A DNA stretch of 64,000 bases from Nitrosopumilus sp. (GCA_965214775.1 OZ243974.1:2720001-2784000), one strand, 5' to 3'; numbered from the stretch's first letter, positions 40,660 to 51,409 are shown. Made by a program: numbers and translations. The notes: a model not told the origin generated them from the sequence alone.

Positions 40660-41481
40660 ATGTCAAAAACGTTTGCCGTAATAGGGGATCCGATCGATCA
40701 CTCTCTTTCGCCAAACATTCACAGCGCAGCTTTTAGGGAGCTGGGTTTGGACTGCTCATACATAGCGTATAGAATTCCAAAGGACGAGCTAAAATACGGG
40801 ATCGAGGGACTGAAAAGGATTCAGATCGAGGGGTTTAATGTCACAATCCCTCACAAGATAGAGATGATGAAATACGTGGACAAGCTTGACGAGTCATGCA
40901 GTCTGGTGGGCGCAGTAAATACTGTCAAAAACAACGACGGGGTTCTAAAGGGATACAATACGGACATGGACGGGTTTTTGGATCCGTTTAAGAAAAGAGG
41001 GATTCCGATCGAGGATTCCAGGGTGCTTCTTTTAGGTGCAGGAGGGGTTGCACGTGCAATTGTAGCTGGGTTTGCAAAAGAAAAGGCAGGCGACATCACC
41101 GTTGCAAACAGAACAGTCCAAAAAGCAGAAGAGCTTGCAGAATTTTCAAAAAAGATCGGTTTGGATGCAGTATCAATGAAAATCGGGGACGTAAGAGATT
41201 CTGCAAAAAACTATGACATTATTGTAAATGCCACGTCAGTCGGACTGAAAGGCGAGAAGAGTCCGATCTCGCCAGACAGCATTGTGGAAAATACTGTCGT
41301 ATACGACGTAGTGTACATGCCAATGAATACTGACTTTATCAAAAAGGCAAAAGAGAGGGGGGCCAGGATAATTTTTGGCTATGAGATGCTCCTGGGCCAG
41401 GCAGTTCGCGCATTTGAGGTCTGGCACGGCATAAAGGCACCCTATAATGCCATGAGAAAAGCACTCCTGGGAGGAGTCTAA
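40660..41481 (+). CDS. aroE: Shikimate dehydrogenase
   Basis: HSLSP, NVTIPHK, GAVNT, NTD, GAGG, NATSVG. Confidence 0.96.
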   Translation: MSKTFAVIGDPIDHSLSPNIHSAAFRELGLDCSYIAYRIPKDELKYGIEGLKRIQIEGFNVTIPHKIEMMKYVDKLDESCSLVGAVNTVKNNDGVLKGYNTDMDGFLDPFKKRGIPIEDSRVLLLGAGGVARAIVAGFAKEKAGDITVANRTVQKAEELAEFSKKIGLDAVSMKIGDVRDSAKNYDIIVNATSVGLKGEKSPISPDSIVENTVVYDVVYMPMNTDFIKKAKERGARIIFGYEMLLGQAVRAFEVWHGIKAPYNAMRKALLGGV

Positions 41482-41485
41482 ACAG

Positions 41486-42343
41486 ATGGCAGGGGCAACG
41501 GCTATTGTCCACGGGGCAATCTCACTTGTAAATGCAATTGCCACACAAAAAGGCGCGACACTGGGAATCGACCTCAAAGTAAGAGTGACAGTCGAGGCAA
41601 ACAAGGGGGGGAGGGGAATCTCAATCCGCTCTGAAAACAAGAGTTTGAGTTCAAGACTGATCAACAAGACAGTAGAAAAAATAATTCCAAAAAACGAACT
41701 GCATAAAAACAAGATTGTAGTCACGCTTAATTCGGAAATTCCAACAGGATACGGACTGAAAAGCTCCAGCGCGATATCCTCAGCAGTTGCGCTGGCATGC
41801 GCTAAAATTTTCAAGCCAAAATTGACAGATCAGCAGGTTATTCTTGCAGGAGTTGATGCCTCAATCGAGTCCAAAGTAAGCATTACTGGCGCATATGATG
41901 ATGCATGCTCATGCTATTACGGCGGCTTTAACGTTACAGACAATGCAAAAAGGAAGAGGGTTCGGTTCGAAAGAGGACCAGCAAGCCTAAGAGCGGTGAT
42001 TTTTATTCCAAGAGATCGCAGACGTGGAAACCTCAAAAAACTCAAGATGTTATCCTCGGTGTTTGATAGTGCGTGGGAGCTGGCAAGAAAGGCAAACTAT
42101 TGGGAGGCAATGATCATCAACGGGTTGGCAACTGGATCAACCCTAAACTCTGATCCTAAAATAATCGCCGCGTTGGTCGAAAAGGGCGCACTGGGCGCAT
42201 CTGTTTCAGGAAACGGGCCGTCGATTGCAGCAGTTACTACAAAAGAGAATGAGTATAACGTCAAAAAGATATTTTCGTCTCTGGATGGCAAGATCATTGT
42301 TTCAAAAATAAGCAACAAAAAGGCAGAAGCTCACGAGTTGTAG
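41486..42343 (+). CDS. aroK: Archaeal shikimate kinase (GHMP family)
   Basis: PTGYGLKSSSA, SITGAYDDA, SGNGPS. Confidence 0.93.
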   Translation: MAGATAIVHGAISLVNAIATQKGATLGIDLKVRVTVEANKGGRGISIRSENKSLSSRLINKTVEKIIPKNELHKNKIVVTLNSEIPTGYGLKSSSAISSAVALACAKIFKPKLTDQQVILAGVDASIESKVSITGAYDDACSCYYGGFNVTDNAKRKRVRFERGPASLRAVIFIPRDRRRGNLKKLKMLSSVFDSAWELARKANYWEAMIINGLATGSTLNSDPKIIAALVEKGALGASVSGNGPSIAAVTTKENEYNVKKIFSSLDGKIIVSKISNKKAEAHEL

Positions 42344-42985
42344 AATTTCAAAATCAGGGATTTTACGAGAACAGTTGGTCCTCATAACAGAGGATGATAC
42401 ACAGGGCGATTTTCCTTGCATCCTAGCAGAAAAAGAGAGCCAAAAAGAGAGTACGGCAGAAAATGGCATCCTACTGCTGCCGCCATCATCATCATCATCA
42501 TCAATAGCAGCAGACACCAGATCCGTCATGGAAACATCCACGAAATTTGGCGCAAAGACAGATAATTATTGAGCCATATCCGGCGATTGAGCGGCAGAAC
42601 GATGGAAACATCCACGAAATTTGGCGCAAAGACAGATGCCATCAAACAAGACCGTTTTGCAAAAAAATCAGATAAAAAAATGGAGATAAAGAGGCGCGAC
42701 CCTGTATAGAGGAATGAAAAGCCTTCTCTTCACCCTCAACGCCTTTTGCGTATACAACATGCCTTTTTCGCAGAGCCGCGCAAACTATGCGTTAAAAATT
42801 GCATGTTTTTCCATATATCGTATGAGTTATCATCATATTTAAGAATATATTGTAAATATTTGATATAATCAGACTAGTTATTGTAAATTTTAAAGATGTG
42901 TAGATATTGATGAAAAGGATGGCAGTTACGCAAAAGTTTTTCAAATTTTTCAGAATGAGGAATTATAAGCATCATCTTGCAACGA
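42333..42985 (+). pseudogene. aroA: Decayed EPSP synthase (aroA) remnant
   Basis: Between aroK and aroC; residual HRAIFLAS and ADT...KFGAK in broken frames; putative start reads ACG; much shorter than a full gene. Confidence 0.65.
42528..42637. repeat. 36-bp direct repeat pair flanking a unique 38-bp insert (site 3)
   Basis: ATGGAAACATCCACGAAATTTGGCGCAAAGACAGAT at 42528-42563 and 42602-42637, 36/36. Confidence 0.95.
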
Positions 42986-42988
42986 TAG

Positions 42989-44086
42989 GTGTTGCCCGGA
43001 AGTTCTATTGGCCACCGCCTTGTTCTAACCAGTTTTGGAGAGAGTCACGGAAGAACAGTCGGAGCGGTTCTAGACGGGTTTCCGGCAGGACTAGAGGTTG
43101 ACGAGAAAGACATCCAAGGAATGTTAGATCAGAGAAGGCCCGGTCAGAACCTAATCTCAACGCAAAGAAAAGAGGGGGACGTCGTAGAAATTCTCTCCGG
43201 AGTTTTCAGAGGACATACAACAGGTGCCCCAATTACAATGTTGGTCTGGAACGGTGATCAAAAATCAAGGGATTATGAAAATTTGAGGACAAAGCTTCGT
43301 CCAGGTCATTCAGATTATCCTGCAATGATAAAGTACGATCACCAAAACGACTACAGAGGGGGCGGAAGGTTTTCTGGAAGAATGACGGCTACACACGTAA
43401 TGGGAGGGGCCCTTGCAAGAAAACTTCTCAAGGTGACACTAGGAATCGAGACAAACTCGTTTACATCACAGATTGGAAAGGTGAGGATGGGCAGAAGATT
43501 CAACGGTAAAATGATTGACTCTATTTATAAAAACGATGTAAGGTGTCCTGAAACTAGAATTGCAAAGATAATGAGGGAGAAGATTTTAGAGGCAAAAAAG
43601 AGGGGGGATTCGCTTGGAGGAATAATCGAATCGGTTACAACAAACGTTCCCGTAGGATTGGGTGAGCCGATCTTCAACTCCCTAGAGTCTGATTTGAGCA
43701 GGGCGATGTTCTCCATTCCATCTGTAAAGGGCGTGGAGTTTGGTTCAGGGTTTGAAGGCGCTGAACTATTTGGCTCAGAGAACAATGATTTGTATACAGT
43801 AAAAAGGGGAAAAATTGTTACAAGGACAAACAATTCAGGCGGAATCCTGGGAGGCATCTCCAACGGCATGCCAATTACAATGAAAGTTGCATTCAAGCCA
43901 GCATCATCAATTGCTCAAAAACAGAGCACAGTAGACATCAAAACCAAGAAAGAAACAGTATTACAGGTCAGGGGAAGGCATGACCCCTGTGTTGTGCCCC
44001 GGGCCCCGCCTGTTGTCGACTCCCTAGTTGCACTAACCATAGCAGATCACGCGTTATTGGCAGGAGCAATCAAGCCGGTACTGTAA
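42989..44086 (+). CDS. aroC: Chorismate synthase
   Basis: FGESHG, RPGHSD, GGGRFSGR, GGILGGIS, GRHDPC. Confidence 0.97.
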   Translation: MLPGSSIGHRLVLTSFGESHGRTVGAVLDGFPAGLEVDEKDIQGMLDQRRPGQNLISTQRKEGDVVEILSGVFRGHTTGAPITMLVWNGDQKSRDYENLRTKLRPGHSDYPAMIKYDHQNDYRGGGRFSGRMTATHVMGGALARKLLKVTLGIETNSFTSQIGKVRMGRRFNGKMIDSIYKNDVRCPETRIAKIMREKILEAKKRGDSLGGIIESVTTNVPVGLGEPIFNSLESDLSRAMFSIPSVKGVEFGSGFEGAELFGSENNDLYTVKRGKIVTRTNNSGGILGGISNGMPITMKVAFKPASSIAQKQSTVDIKTKKETVLQVRGRHDPCVVPRAPPVVDSLVALTIADHALLAGAIKPVL

Positions 44087-44089
44087 GAA

Positions 44090-45460
44090 ATGTCCGACAT
44101 TGAAGGCCTGAGAGACAGGATGGACAGAGTGACAATCGAGATGGTAAAGCTGCTCAAGACCAGAACAGAGATTGCAAAGGAGATAGGGGAGGTAAAAAAG
44201 ACCATGGGCAAAGGCGTCACAGATGAATCAAGAGAAAACAACCTGCGCAAAAAAACGATTTCGTTGTGCAATGAGATCGGATTGGAGGAAACGATTGCCA
44301 CCAAATTCCTAAACTTTTTGCTAAACGAATCGGTAAAGGTTCAATCAGAGAACAGACAGACACATCTCTCTGTTTTCTTAAAAGCCAAATCACTAGAGCA
44401 GAAAGGAAAAAGAATCATACACATGGAGGTAGGAGAGCCTGACTTTTTGCCACCTCAAATTGTCAGACATGCGTTAAACGAAGTGTTTGACAGGGGCTTT
44501 CTCAGATATGGCCAGGCAAAAGGAATGCCTTCATTTAGGGGGGCACTGGCAAGATACGCCACGAGGAAATTCAAACATGATGTTTCTGAAGAGGAGATCA
44601 TCGTAAGTCCCGGTGCACGGTTTTCCATATTTGCCGCAATCACAACCCTGCTTAACCCGGGAGACGAGATGGTCATAATCGAACCTGCATGGCCCGCATA
44701 CAAGGACTGTGCGTTGAATGCAGGAGTCAAAGTCAGGGCAGTCAGCACGACACTTGAAGACAGATGGGAGCCAAGCTTAGAAGAGATCAGATCAGCAGTC
44801 AACGCAAACACAAAGATGATAGTGCTAAACTATCCCAACAATCCAACCGGAAAGATTCTTCCAGAAAAACTGCTAGACGGCACAATCCAAATTGCAAAAG
44901 AAAACAACCTGTATGTCCTAAGTGATGAAATTTATTCAGAATATGCAAAAAGCAGCTGGAAGAGCGTCCTAAGGTACGGGTATGACAAGAGTATCGTCAC
45001 CCAGTCATTTTCAAAATCTCATGCAATGACAGGATTCAGAATCGGTTATGCCGTTGCAGACCCCAAGATAACAGAAAAGATGGCAGAATTAGTGGCATTG
45101 TGTCTTACTAGTGTTTCTGAGCCAGTCCAATACGCTGCCATGAGGGCACTGGGGGCAGACACATCCAACAACTCTAATACGGTGCAAAACAGACTAGAGA
45201 TGTTGGCAGAAAAAGCTCAAAAAATGGGACTGGAATTTGTGATCCCTGACGGGGCAATGTACCTTTTTGCCAGGGTAAACCAAGAGGGATTTGACGGCGT
45301 GAGGTTTGCCAGCAGTGCGCTCCAAAATGGATTGGCAGTTGCCCCGGGGGAGGGATTTGGGGATTATCGGGATTTCATCAGGATTTCAGCATGTCAAGAC
45401 GAAAAAACACTAATTGAAGGGATGAATATATTGAGTAATATGGTGGGAGATAACCAATGA
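44090..45460 (+). CDS. Chorismate mutase / class I aminotransferase fusion
   Basis: N-terminal AroQ-like IEGLRDRMD...IGEVK..RE domain; PNNPTG, SDEIY, SFSKSHAMTGFRIG. Confidence 0.9.
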   Translation: MSDIEGLRDRMDRVTIEMVKLLKTRTEIAKEIGEVKKTMGKGVTDESRENNLRKKTISLCNEIGLEETIATKFLNFLLNESVKVQSENRQTHLSVFLKAKSLEQKGKRIIHMEVGEPDFLPPQIVRHALNEVFDRGFLRYGQAKGMPSFRGALARYATRKFKHDVSEEEIIVSPGARFSIFAAITTLLNPGDEMVIIEPAWPAYKDCALNAGVKVRAVSTTLEDRWEPSLEEIRSAVNANTKMIVLNYPNNPTGKILPEKLLDGTIQIAKENNLYVLSDEIYSEYAKSSWKSVLRYGYDKSIVTQSFSKSHAMTGFRIGYAVADPKITEKMAELVALCLTSVSEPVQYAAMRALGADTSNNSNTVQNRLEMLAEKAQKMGLEFVIPDGAMYLFARVNQEGFDGVRFASSALQNGLAVAPGEGFGDYRDFIRISACQDEKTLIEGMNILSNMVGDNQ

Positions 45461-46347
45461 AGAAGAATGTGAAGAAGATGAACAACGGCAACAGCGAAAA
45501 GAAGGTGACAGTCATAGGCGCAGGGGGGCAAATGGGCCAGTGGTTTACAAGATATTTTGCACGCAAGGATTTTGAGGTAACGGGCTATGATTCTGAGAAC
45601 AAGGTATCAGGCAAAGACATCATTCAGGCCGAATCACTCGTAGGCGCAATCCTAAAGGCAGACTATGTCGTGTTATGCACGCCTACAAGAAGGACGCCGG
45701 AGATCATCAGGCTGATTGCAAAAGAGATGAAACGGGGAACGTATCTGATTGAAATCTCTTCAGAAAAATTCAAGGTCGTCTCATCGCTATCAAAAATGCC
45801 TGCAAAAATCAATCCAATTTGCATTCATCCAATGTTTGGCCCAGGCATCAAGACGATAAGGGGGCAGAACGTCATTTCAGTTCCGATCAGGGATGCAAAA
45901 AAAGAGTTGGCCGTTGCAAAATCACTGTTTGAGGGGGCAAACTTTGTTACGATTGACGCAGCCGAACATGACAAAAAGATTGCAGTGATTTTAGGACTGA
46001 CTCATTTGATGAACCTGGTATTTGCAAACATTGTTTCAAAGGACGAGAAGATGCTGCTGACAGAAAAGATGTCCGGAACTACTTTCAGGGTTCAAAAGAC
46101 ACTGGCCGAAAGCATAATGACAGAATCCCCGGAATTGATCGAGACGATCATTGCAAATCCAGAGATTAGGAGGGTTGCCGAAGAACTATGGAAGGACATC
46201 GGACGGCTGCTTACTGCAGTACAAGAGTCAAAGACAGAGGAGATCATAAACTACATCAAGGATTGCCAGGAGAGGTTAGGAAAGCATACAGACGTTAACG
46301 AATCTTACAAAAAGATGACCAGAATGGTCAAAGCCGTTGAAAAATAG
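45457..46347 (+). CDS. tyrA: Prephenate dehydrogenase
   Basis: GAGGQMG, IHPMFGP, EHD...LTH. Confidence 0.9.
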   Translation: MKKNVKKMNNGNSEKKVTVIGAGGQMGQWFTRYFARKDFEVTGYDSENKVSGKDIIQAESLVGAILKADYVVLCTPTRRTPEIIRLIAKEMKRGTYLIEISSEKFKVVSSLSKMPAKINPICIHPMFGPGIKTIRGQNVISVPIRDAKKELAVAKSLFEGANFVTIDAAEHDKKIAVILGLTHLMNLVFANIVSKDEKMLLTEKMSGTTFRVQKTLAESIMTESPELIETIIANPEIRRVAEELWKDIGRLLTAVQESKTEEIINYIKDCQERLGKHTDVNESYKKMTRMVKAVEK

Positions 46348-46352
46348 CGGAA

Positions 46353-46757
46353 ATGCGCTCAACAAAGATCGTCACTTCATTTATCACAGATAACGGCAAG
46401 CTGCTAATCCTAAAGCGAAGCGGCAGGGTAAAGACCATGAAGGGGTTGTGGGCAGGAATTAGCGGCATAATAGAAAAAAACGAAGAGCCGCTTCAGCGTG
46501 CAAAGATCGAGATTTTCGAGGAAACGGGGATTCCCGAAGAGGACATCACACTGGTCAAATCGTCCCAAAAAATCATGGTGGACTCGCCGCAATACGAAGA
46601 TCACGAATGGGAGATTTTTCCATTTTTGTTTGAATCAAGAAATCCGATCATCAGGCTGAACTGGGAAAATTCGGACTTTAGGTGGATTGATGTCAGCGAG
46701 TTGGAAAATTATGAAACCGTCCCTAGCCTGCAAAGGGTGTTACTCAGCTTGCTGTAG
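46353..46757 (+). CDS. NUDIX hydrolase
   Basis: G...E.....A..EIFEETG Nudix box. Confidence 0.88.
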   Translation: MRSTKIVTSFITDNGKLLILKRSGRVKTMKGLWAGISGIIEKNEEPLQRAKIEIFEETGIPEEDITLVKSSQKIMVDSPQYEDHEWEIFPFLFESRNPIIRLNWENSDFRWIDVSELENYETVPSLQRVLLSLL

Positions 46758-48068
46758 TTTTTTGTTTTCCTGGTCATAGTCTTTCTGTTGTGGAAGCATC
46801 ATGTATACACATGCGCCGCCGCACATCGTACAGGGGACGTTGTTTCCAGGATGCTGGCCTGCCCTGCCATGAATTTTTGCCGCCTCCTCAGGATCAATGG
46901 ACAGTGCCAGCTGCCTTTCCCAGTCAAGGGTCCGGCGGGCTTCAGTCATTGCCATGTCCCATTTGATGGCTTTTTCCCTGATCTTTACGAGATCTCCTGC
47001 ATGTGCAGCTATTCTGTATGCAATCAATCCTGCTTTTACTTCTTCGGCATTGGGCAACGCCAGGTGTTCTGAGGGGGTAAGATAGCACAACAGATCGACT
47101 CCCTCGCTTGCAGAAACTGCAGCGCCGATTGCGCTTGCAATGTGATCATGGCCTGATGCAACATCAGTTACAAGTGGTCCCAGAACATAGTAGGGCACAT
47201 CGCCAATCAATGATTTTGCCAGCCTGACATTTGCTGCAACCTCGTTTAATGGAACGTGTCCCGGGCCTTCGACCATTACCTGGACGTCCTGTTCGTGAGC
47301 CCGCTTGGTCAGTTGTGAGATGTTTATCATTTCTTGTACCTGCAGTTCGTCATGAGAGTCCAGAATCGAGCCGGGCCTCAGGGCATCCCCAAGGCTGAAC
47401 GTGACGTCGTATTTCCTTGCAACCTCGATCAGATAGTCGTAATGGGTAAGGTACGGGTTTTCTTTGTCATGCTTTAGCATCCATGCAGCAGTAATGGTCC
47501 CGCCCTTGCTAACTACGCCTCCATGTCTTTGGACTTTTAGGATTCTTTTTGCGATATTCCTTGTTATGCCGCAATGAATCGTGGTATAGTCCACGCCATC
47601 CTTTGCGTTGTTTTCAAATGCCTTGATATAGTCATCTTCAGTTAGATTCAGCGGGTTTTTGTGAACCTCAACTCCATAGTTGTATGCCTCGTAGATTGGA
47701 ACGGTTCCAAACGTTATCGGTGCGGCATCCAGCAGCGTCTGTCTGATCCTTTTTACATCGCCACCGTCACTGAGATCCATGATGGTATCAGCGTGATACT
47801 TTACTGCAACTCTTGCTTTTTCAATCTCCCCATCCAAGTTGACATTTAGTGTCGAGGTGCCAATGTTTACGTTGACCTTGGTTTTCAGGCCTTTGCCAAT
47901 TCCCACATTGTGAATTTTTTGAGGTCTTGCATTATTGCTCGGGATAATGATTGAGCCTTTTGCGATTTTTGAAACTAGCCAGCCAATGGAAACATCCTCG
48001 TCTTTTGCAACTTGTTTCATTTGATCAGTTGCAATACCCCTGCGAGCTGCTGTCATCTGTGTTGCCAC
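46740..48068 (-). CDS. thiC: Phosphomethylpyrimidine synthase
   Basis: KVNVNIGTS, MDLS, SLGDALRPG, EGPGH, CTMCG..C. Confidence 0.97.
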   Translation of the reverse strand: MATQMTAARRGIATDQMKQVAKDEDVSIGWLVSKIAKGSIIIPSNNARPQKIHNVGIGKGLKTKVNVNIGTSTLNVNLDGEIEKARVAVKYHADTIMDLSDGGDVKRIRQTLLDAAPITFGTVPIYEAYNYGVEVHKNPLNLTEDDYIKAFENNAKDGVDYTTIHCGITRNIAKRILKVQRHGGVVSKGGTITAAWMLKHDKENPYLTHYDYLIEVARKYDVTFSLGDALRPGSILDSHDELQVQEMINISQLTKRAHEQDVQVMVEGPGHVPLNEVAANVRLAKSLIGDVPYYVLGPLVTDVASGHDHIASAIGAAVSASEGVDLLCYLTPSEHLALPNAEEVKAGLIAYRIAAHAGDLVKIREKAIKWDMAMTEARRTLDWERQLALSIDPEEAAKIHGRAGQHPGNNVPCTMCGGACVYMMLPQQKDYDQENKKLQQAE

Positions 48069-48194
48069 AAGTAATCTCTAGGCTCACCTGATTTAAACAT
48101 CGTTGAGCCGCCGCAAGCAAATGACCGCAAAATGCAGGGCACTATATTAGGCAGATGGATCGATCTTATATGCAAGAAATGGCAATAGTTCACC

Positions 48195-48293
48195 ATGAGA
48201 TCAATTAGGGAGTGCAAGCATTGCGGAAGAGAGTTTTACAGCATAAGGGATGACTTTTGTTCTTTTGACTGTGTGTCTCAGGCATCATCCTGA
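48195..48293 (+). CDS. 32-aa Cys4 zinc-finger microprotein (below ORF-track cutoff)
   Basis: MRSIRECKHCGREFYSIRDDFCSFDCVSQASS; TTATAT box about 30 nt upstream. Confidence 0.6.
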   Translation: MRSIRECKHCGREFYSIRDDFCSFDCVSQASS

Positions 48294-48553
48294 TTTTATG
48301 GCTGCAGTTATTTGTATGGACAGGCGTCTCTCGGCCTGAATTTTAGGTTCTACTCAAGACAGGCTCAATCATGCCCAGTTTGATCAGGAGAATTTTTGAC
48401 TACCGCTAATTTCAGATTCTCCGGACTGGTTCCAACTCTGCAAAACGCAATGGGGTAGTGTCCAAGTCTCATTTTCTTTTTCAAAAAAAATGTTTTCGGA
48501 GGTTTGCCCGATCTTATGGTTTTGGATTAAAAATAATTGTCAACGCAGTACCG

Positions 48554-48640
48554 TAGTCAACTCATAAAAAAACGGACTGTAATTTTGACATATCGTGCCT
48601 ATGTCGATAAAAAATGTTCAGATTTCAACTGTGCGTACTA
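48554..48640. mobile_element. Short TAGT...ACTA MITE
   Basis: TAGTCAACTCATAAAAAACGGAC...TGTGCGTACTA; shares ends with family C. Confidence 0.65.
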
Positions 48641-50174
48641 GACTTTATGCGTAATCGACCGTGATTAAAAATTCCGTAGGCTTTTCCAAACGCAAATGCG
48701 CTGATCGGATCAAATTACCGCATGCATCTCGTGTCATGACGCACGTAAAAGCCAGTTGCGCCAAAAGAACGTGCGCAACCATGCAGCACGGCAATGTGCC
48801 CCTTTGACAAGTCAGAAAGAATGGCGGTCCGTGCCGCCGTATGTCATGTGTCTGGCAGCAGATGCAGCTGCTGCAGCAGCTGGCCATAGTGTTTTTTCCT
48901 TTTCAGCATAGTCTTGAGGTTCTCAAGACCCGTGATTATCTGCATGAAATAGTTTAGATCCTTGGCAGTTCCGCCAAACGGCATGGTAAGAATGCCATAT
49001 CTTTTGAGCCGCCCTATGTGGTGCTCCACTCTGACGCGGACCCTGCTTATCTGCTTGCGGCGCCTCTTTTGCGTTGCAGTAAGATCCCCGTCCCTGGGCT
49101 TCTTTGGGGGCTGCCTGTGTATGGCGCCCGGAAGCATCTTTTGAATGCCCTCAAATCCCAGGTCGCTGAAAACGACAAACGCCTCTTCCGGATCGTCTGC
49201 GTTTTTTGCATTCCTCATTGATCCGGTGTGCCTTCCAAAGTCCGGGCCGCCCCCTGCGTTCATCACGCCCTTGTCGTTGACGCTTCCGTCCACAGTCTTG
49301 CCGCAGTGCAGTATGAGGCCGTCCAGGTTCGAGGTAATTATCGTGTTGAACATGTGCCGCTTTTTTCTTCCCGAGTATCTGGTCTTTCTTGCGGTCCTGT
49401 CCCCGGGCCTGTCTACCGGAGTCAGGGTGCCGTCAATCAGGAGCGTCTTTTTTGGGATCAGCACCTCCTCCAGCTTGCCTGCCGGGGTCTTGCAGATGAT
49501 GCTTGTTAGCTTTTCGGAGGCAGGCAGGAGATGGCGCAGTAACACGGCACCGTACCGGAGGTACCTGGACATTGTGGACTGGTCGACGTCAAATGTCGCG
49601 GCCAGATGATGCTGCGTTGCCTTGGTCCTTATGCTCATGAGTACTGCAAGCAGCGCGTGCCTGATGTACAGCTTGCACCGGTTTCCGGCATCGCCGCCTC
49701 TTACGTCGTCCTCCCAGAACAGGGGTCTGTCCTCGTCGTCCATGACTTCTTCCGTAAAGCGCTCCAGTATGATCTCAAATGACTCCTTTGTGCATCCCGT
49801 GACGTTGCGAAGGCGCACCGGATCGCCGATTATGCCGTCTGCAACCTCGATTGCGTGCATCCGCAGAGGCGTCCCGCCGCGCACGACTCTTTTTGTCTTG
49901 TTTTCTTCGGACTGCCACAGCGAGTCCTCAAACGCAAGCTGCTTCCTCATACGCTCGTTTTGCTTGGACATCTGTTTGTTTTGCTTGGATACCTGCTCGT
50001 GTTGCTCGACTAGCATCTCGTGTTGCGCTTGTAACGCTTGAAATGCTTGGAGAGTCTTGTCATTTGAGCCCATACAGTCAGGGAATCATACAGATCTTTA
50101 GGGTTGTTGGTGTGCAAATAATGATCTATTGTGTCGTATTTTTAGATCAGATGGGCCGATTACGCATAAAGTCT
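48640..50174 (-). mobile_element. IS5-family (ISL2-like) element, copy 1
   Basis: TIR AGACTTTATGCGTAATCG; 3-bp TSD ACT. Confidence 0.9.
48844..50073 (-). CDS. IS5/ISL2-like DDE transposase
   Basis: IDGT, YSGRKKRH, SDLGF, RVRVEHHIGRLK; HTH LAATFDVDQSTMSR. Confidence 0.9.
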   Translation of the reverse strand: MGSNDKTLQAFQALQAQHEMLVEQHEQVSKQNKQMSKQNERMRKQLAFEDSLWQSEENKTKRVVRGGTPLRMHAIEVADGIIGDPVRLRNVTGCTKESFEIILERFTEEVMDDEDRPLFWEDDVRGGDAGNRCKLYIRHALLAVLMSIRTKATQHHLAATFDVDQSTMSRYLRYGAVLLRHLLPASEKLTSIICKTPAGKLEEVLIPKKTLLIDGTLTPVDRPGDRTARKTRYSGRKKRHMFNTIITSNLDGLILHCGKTVDGSVNDKGVMNAGGGPDFGRHTGSMRNAKNADDPEEAFVVFSDLGFEGIQKMLPGAIHRQPPKKPRDGDLTATQKRRRKQISRVRVRVEHHIGRLKRYGILTMPFGGTAKDLNYFMQIITGLENLKTMLKRKKHYGQLLQQLHLLPDT

Positions 50175-50342
50175 ACTATGTATGCACTACGACACGAAGG
50201 CAGATGCACAGGCTTTTACGTGTCAATCAAGCCAAAGCGCATCCACCTCAACAGGGTTTATCCGAAAAAGTATTTCCGTAGTCAGCAGCTTCAATTCTAA
50301 ATCCTTGCAGAAAGGGATTGATCTTATCATGACTGAATTCAG

Positions 50343-50677
50343 TGTTGAACTGGACCCCGTATTTTCGAACCACTTTTTGGGCATTTTTGAGTAGCTCTGA
50401 CATCATTTGCCTGCCTCCCTTTGGTGCCGTACGATGAACTCCATCGGAGTGAGATATCCAAGCGAGGAGTGTATTCTATCGTGATTATAGTCCCTAAATG
50501 CCTCCTTTATGACGTCTGAGGCGTCCTGGAAGGAGTCAAACTCATGGGGCCACAGGTATTCCCTCTTGATGCTTCCGTGAAACGACTCTATGTGGCCGTT
50601 TTGCTCTGGCGTCCTGTATGCTATGAGCTCGTGCCTGATTCCCAGCTGTTTTAGGGACTCCCTGAACATACGCGATG
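50343..50677 (-). pseudogene. IS3-family 3' remnant with terminal repeat
   Basis: TPEQNGHIESFHGSIKRE, YNHDRIHSSLGY; end TGTTGAACTGGACCCC. Confidence 0.82.
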
Positions 50678-51247
50678 TGTATTATATGAAAATTATGTCG
50701 CACCATCACCGGTATCCTCCTCCATCCATTTCGGGTTGCTTTTCCTGATCGCATCTGTGGCCTTCCTGTCGCAAAATGCCCGCAGAGGCGTCTCGTAGTT
50801 GTCTATATCCAGCGACCAGTGCAGTCTGTCCTCGTTGTAATAGCCGATATATGCAGACAGGCTCTCGTGGTTCCATATCTCCTCCTCGATGCTCCTGTGG
50901 AAGCGCTCCAGCCTGCCGTTGGTCTGCGGGTGATACGGCCTGGAGCTTGTCAGCTCGATTCCGCAGTCGAGCAGCTCCTCCTCCTCAAAGGCAGTGGGCC
51001 TCCACACGCCCTTGGGCGGATTCTTCTTTTTCTTTGGATCCGAGCGCGCCCCGACAAAGCACTTGCCGTTGTCTGAGAGGATTGTGGCAGGCGCGCCGAA
51101 CCGGGCCACGGCCTGCCGCAGGACCGCCATGACGTTCTCCGAGGTGGCCTCCCAGAACAGGCCCGCACCGGTCACGCACCTGAACGAGTCGTCCAGAAAC
51201 GTGACCAGGCTGGGCCCTGCAAAGCGCGGATCCTTCATGGTATGCCA
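50678..51247 (-). pseudogene. IS481-family 3' remnant
   Basis: DDSFR, SDNG, HPQTNGRLERFH, YNEDRLH; TGT terminus at 50678. Confidence 0.8.
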
Positions 51248-51409
51248 TAATCAATTCATAAAAAAACGAACAATTTTGACAACTGCTTTTGATCCAAACA
51301 TTAAGATCATGCAAACCATCGCACATGCATGGGAAAACAGGCAGAATTTGTGGCATCCAGGGACAAATTCCTGGCAAGCAAAGTACTCACGTCTTCGCAA
51401 GGCGTACTA
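51248..51409. mobile_element. MITE family C
   Basis: Reverse homologue of 26036-26194. Confidence 0.72.

Noticed and set aside
48069-48194. TPP riboswitch upstream of thiC
   Set aside because: No recognisable TPP consensus; TATA-like box lies close to the start, leaving little room for a leader.
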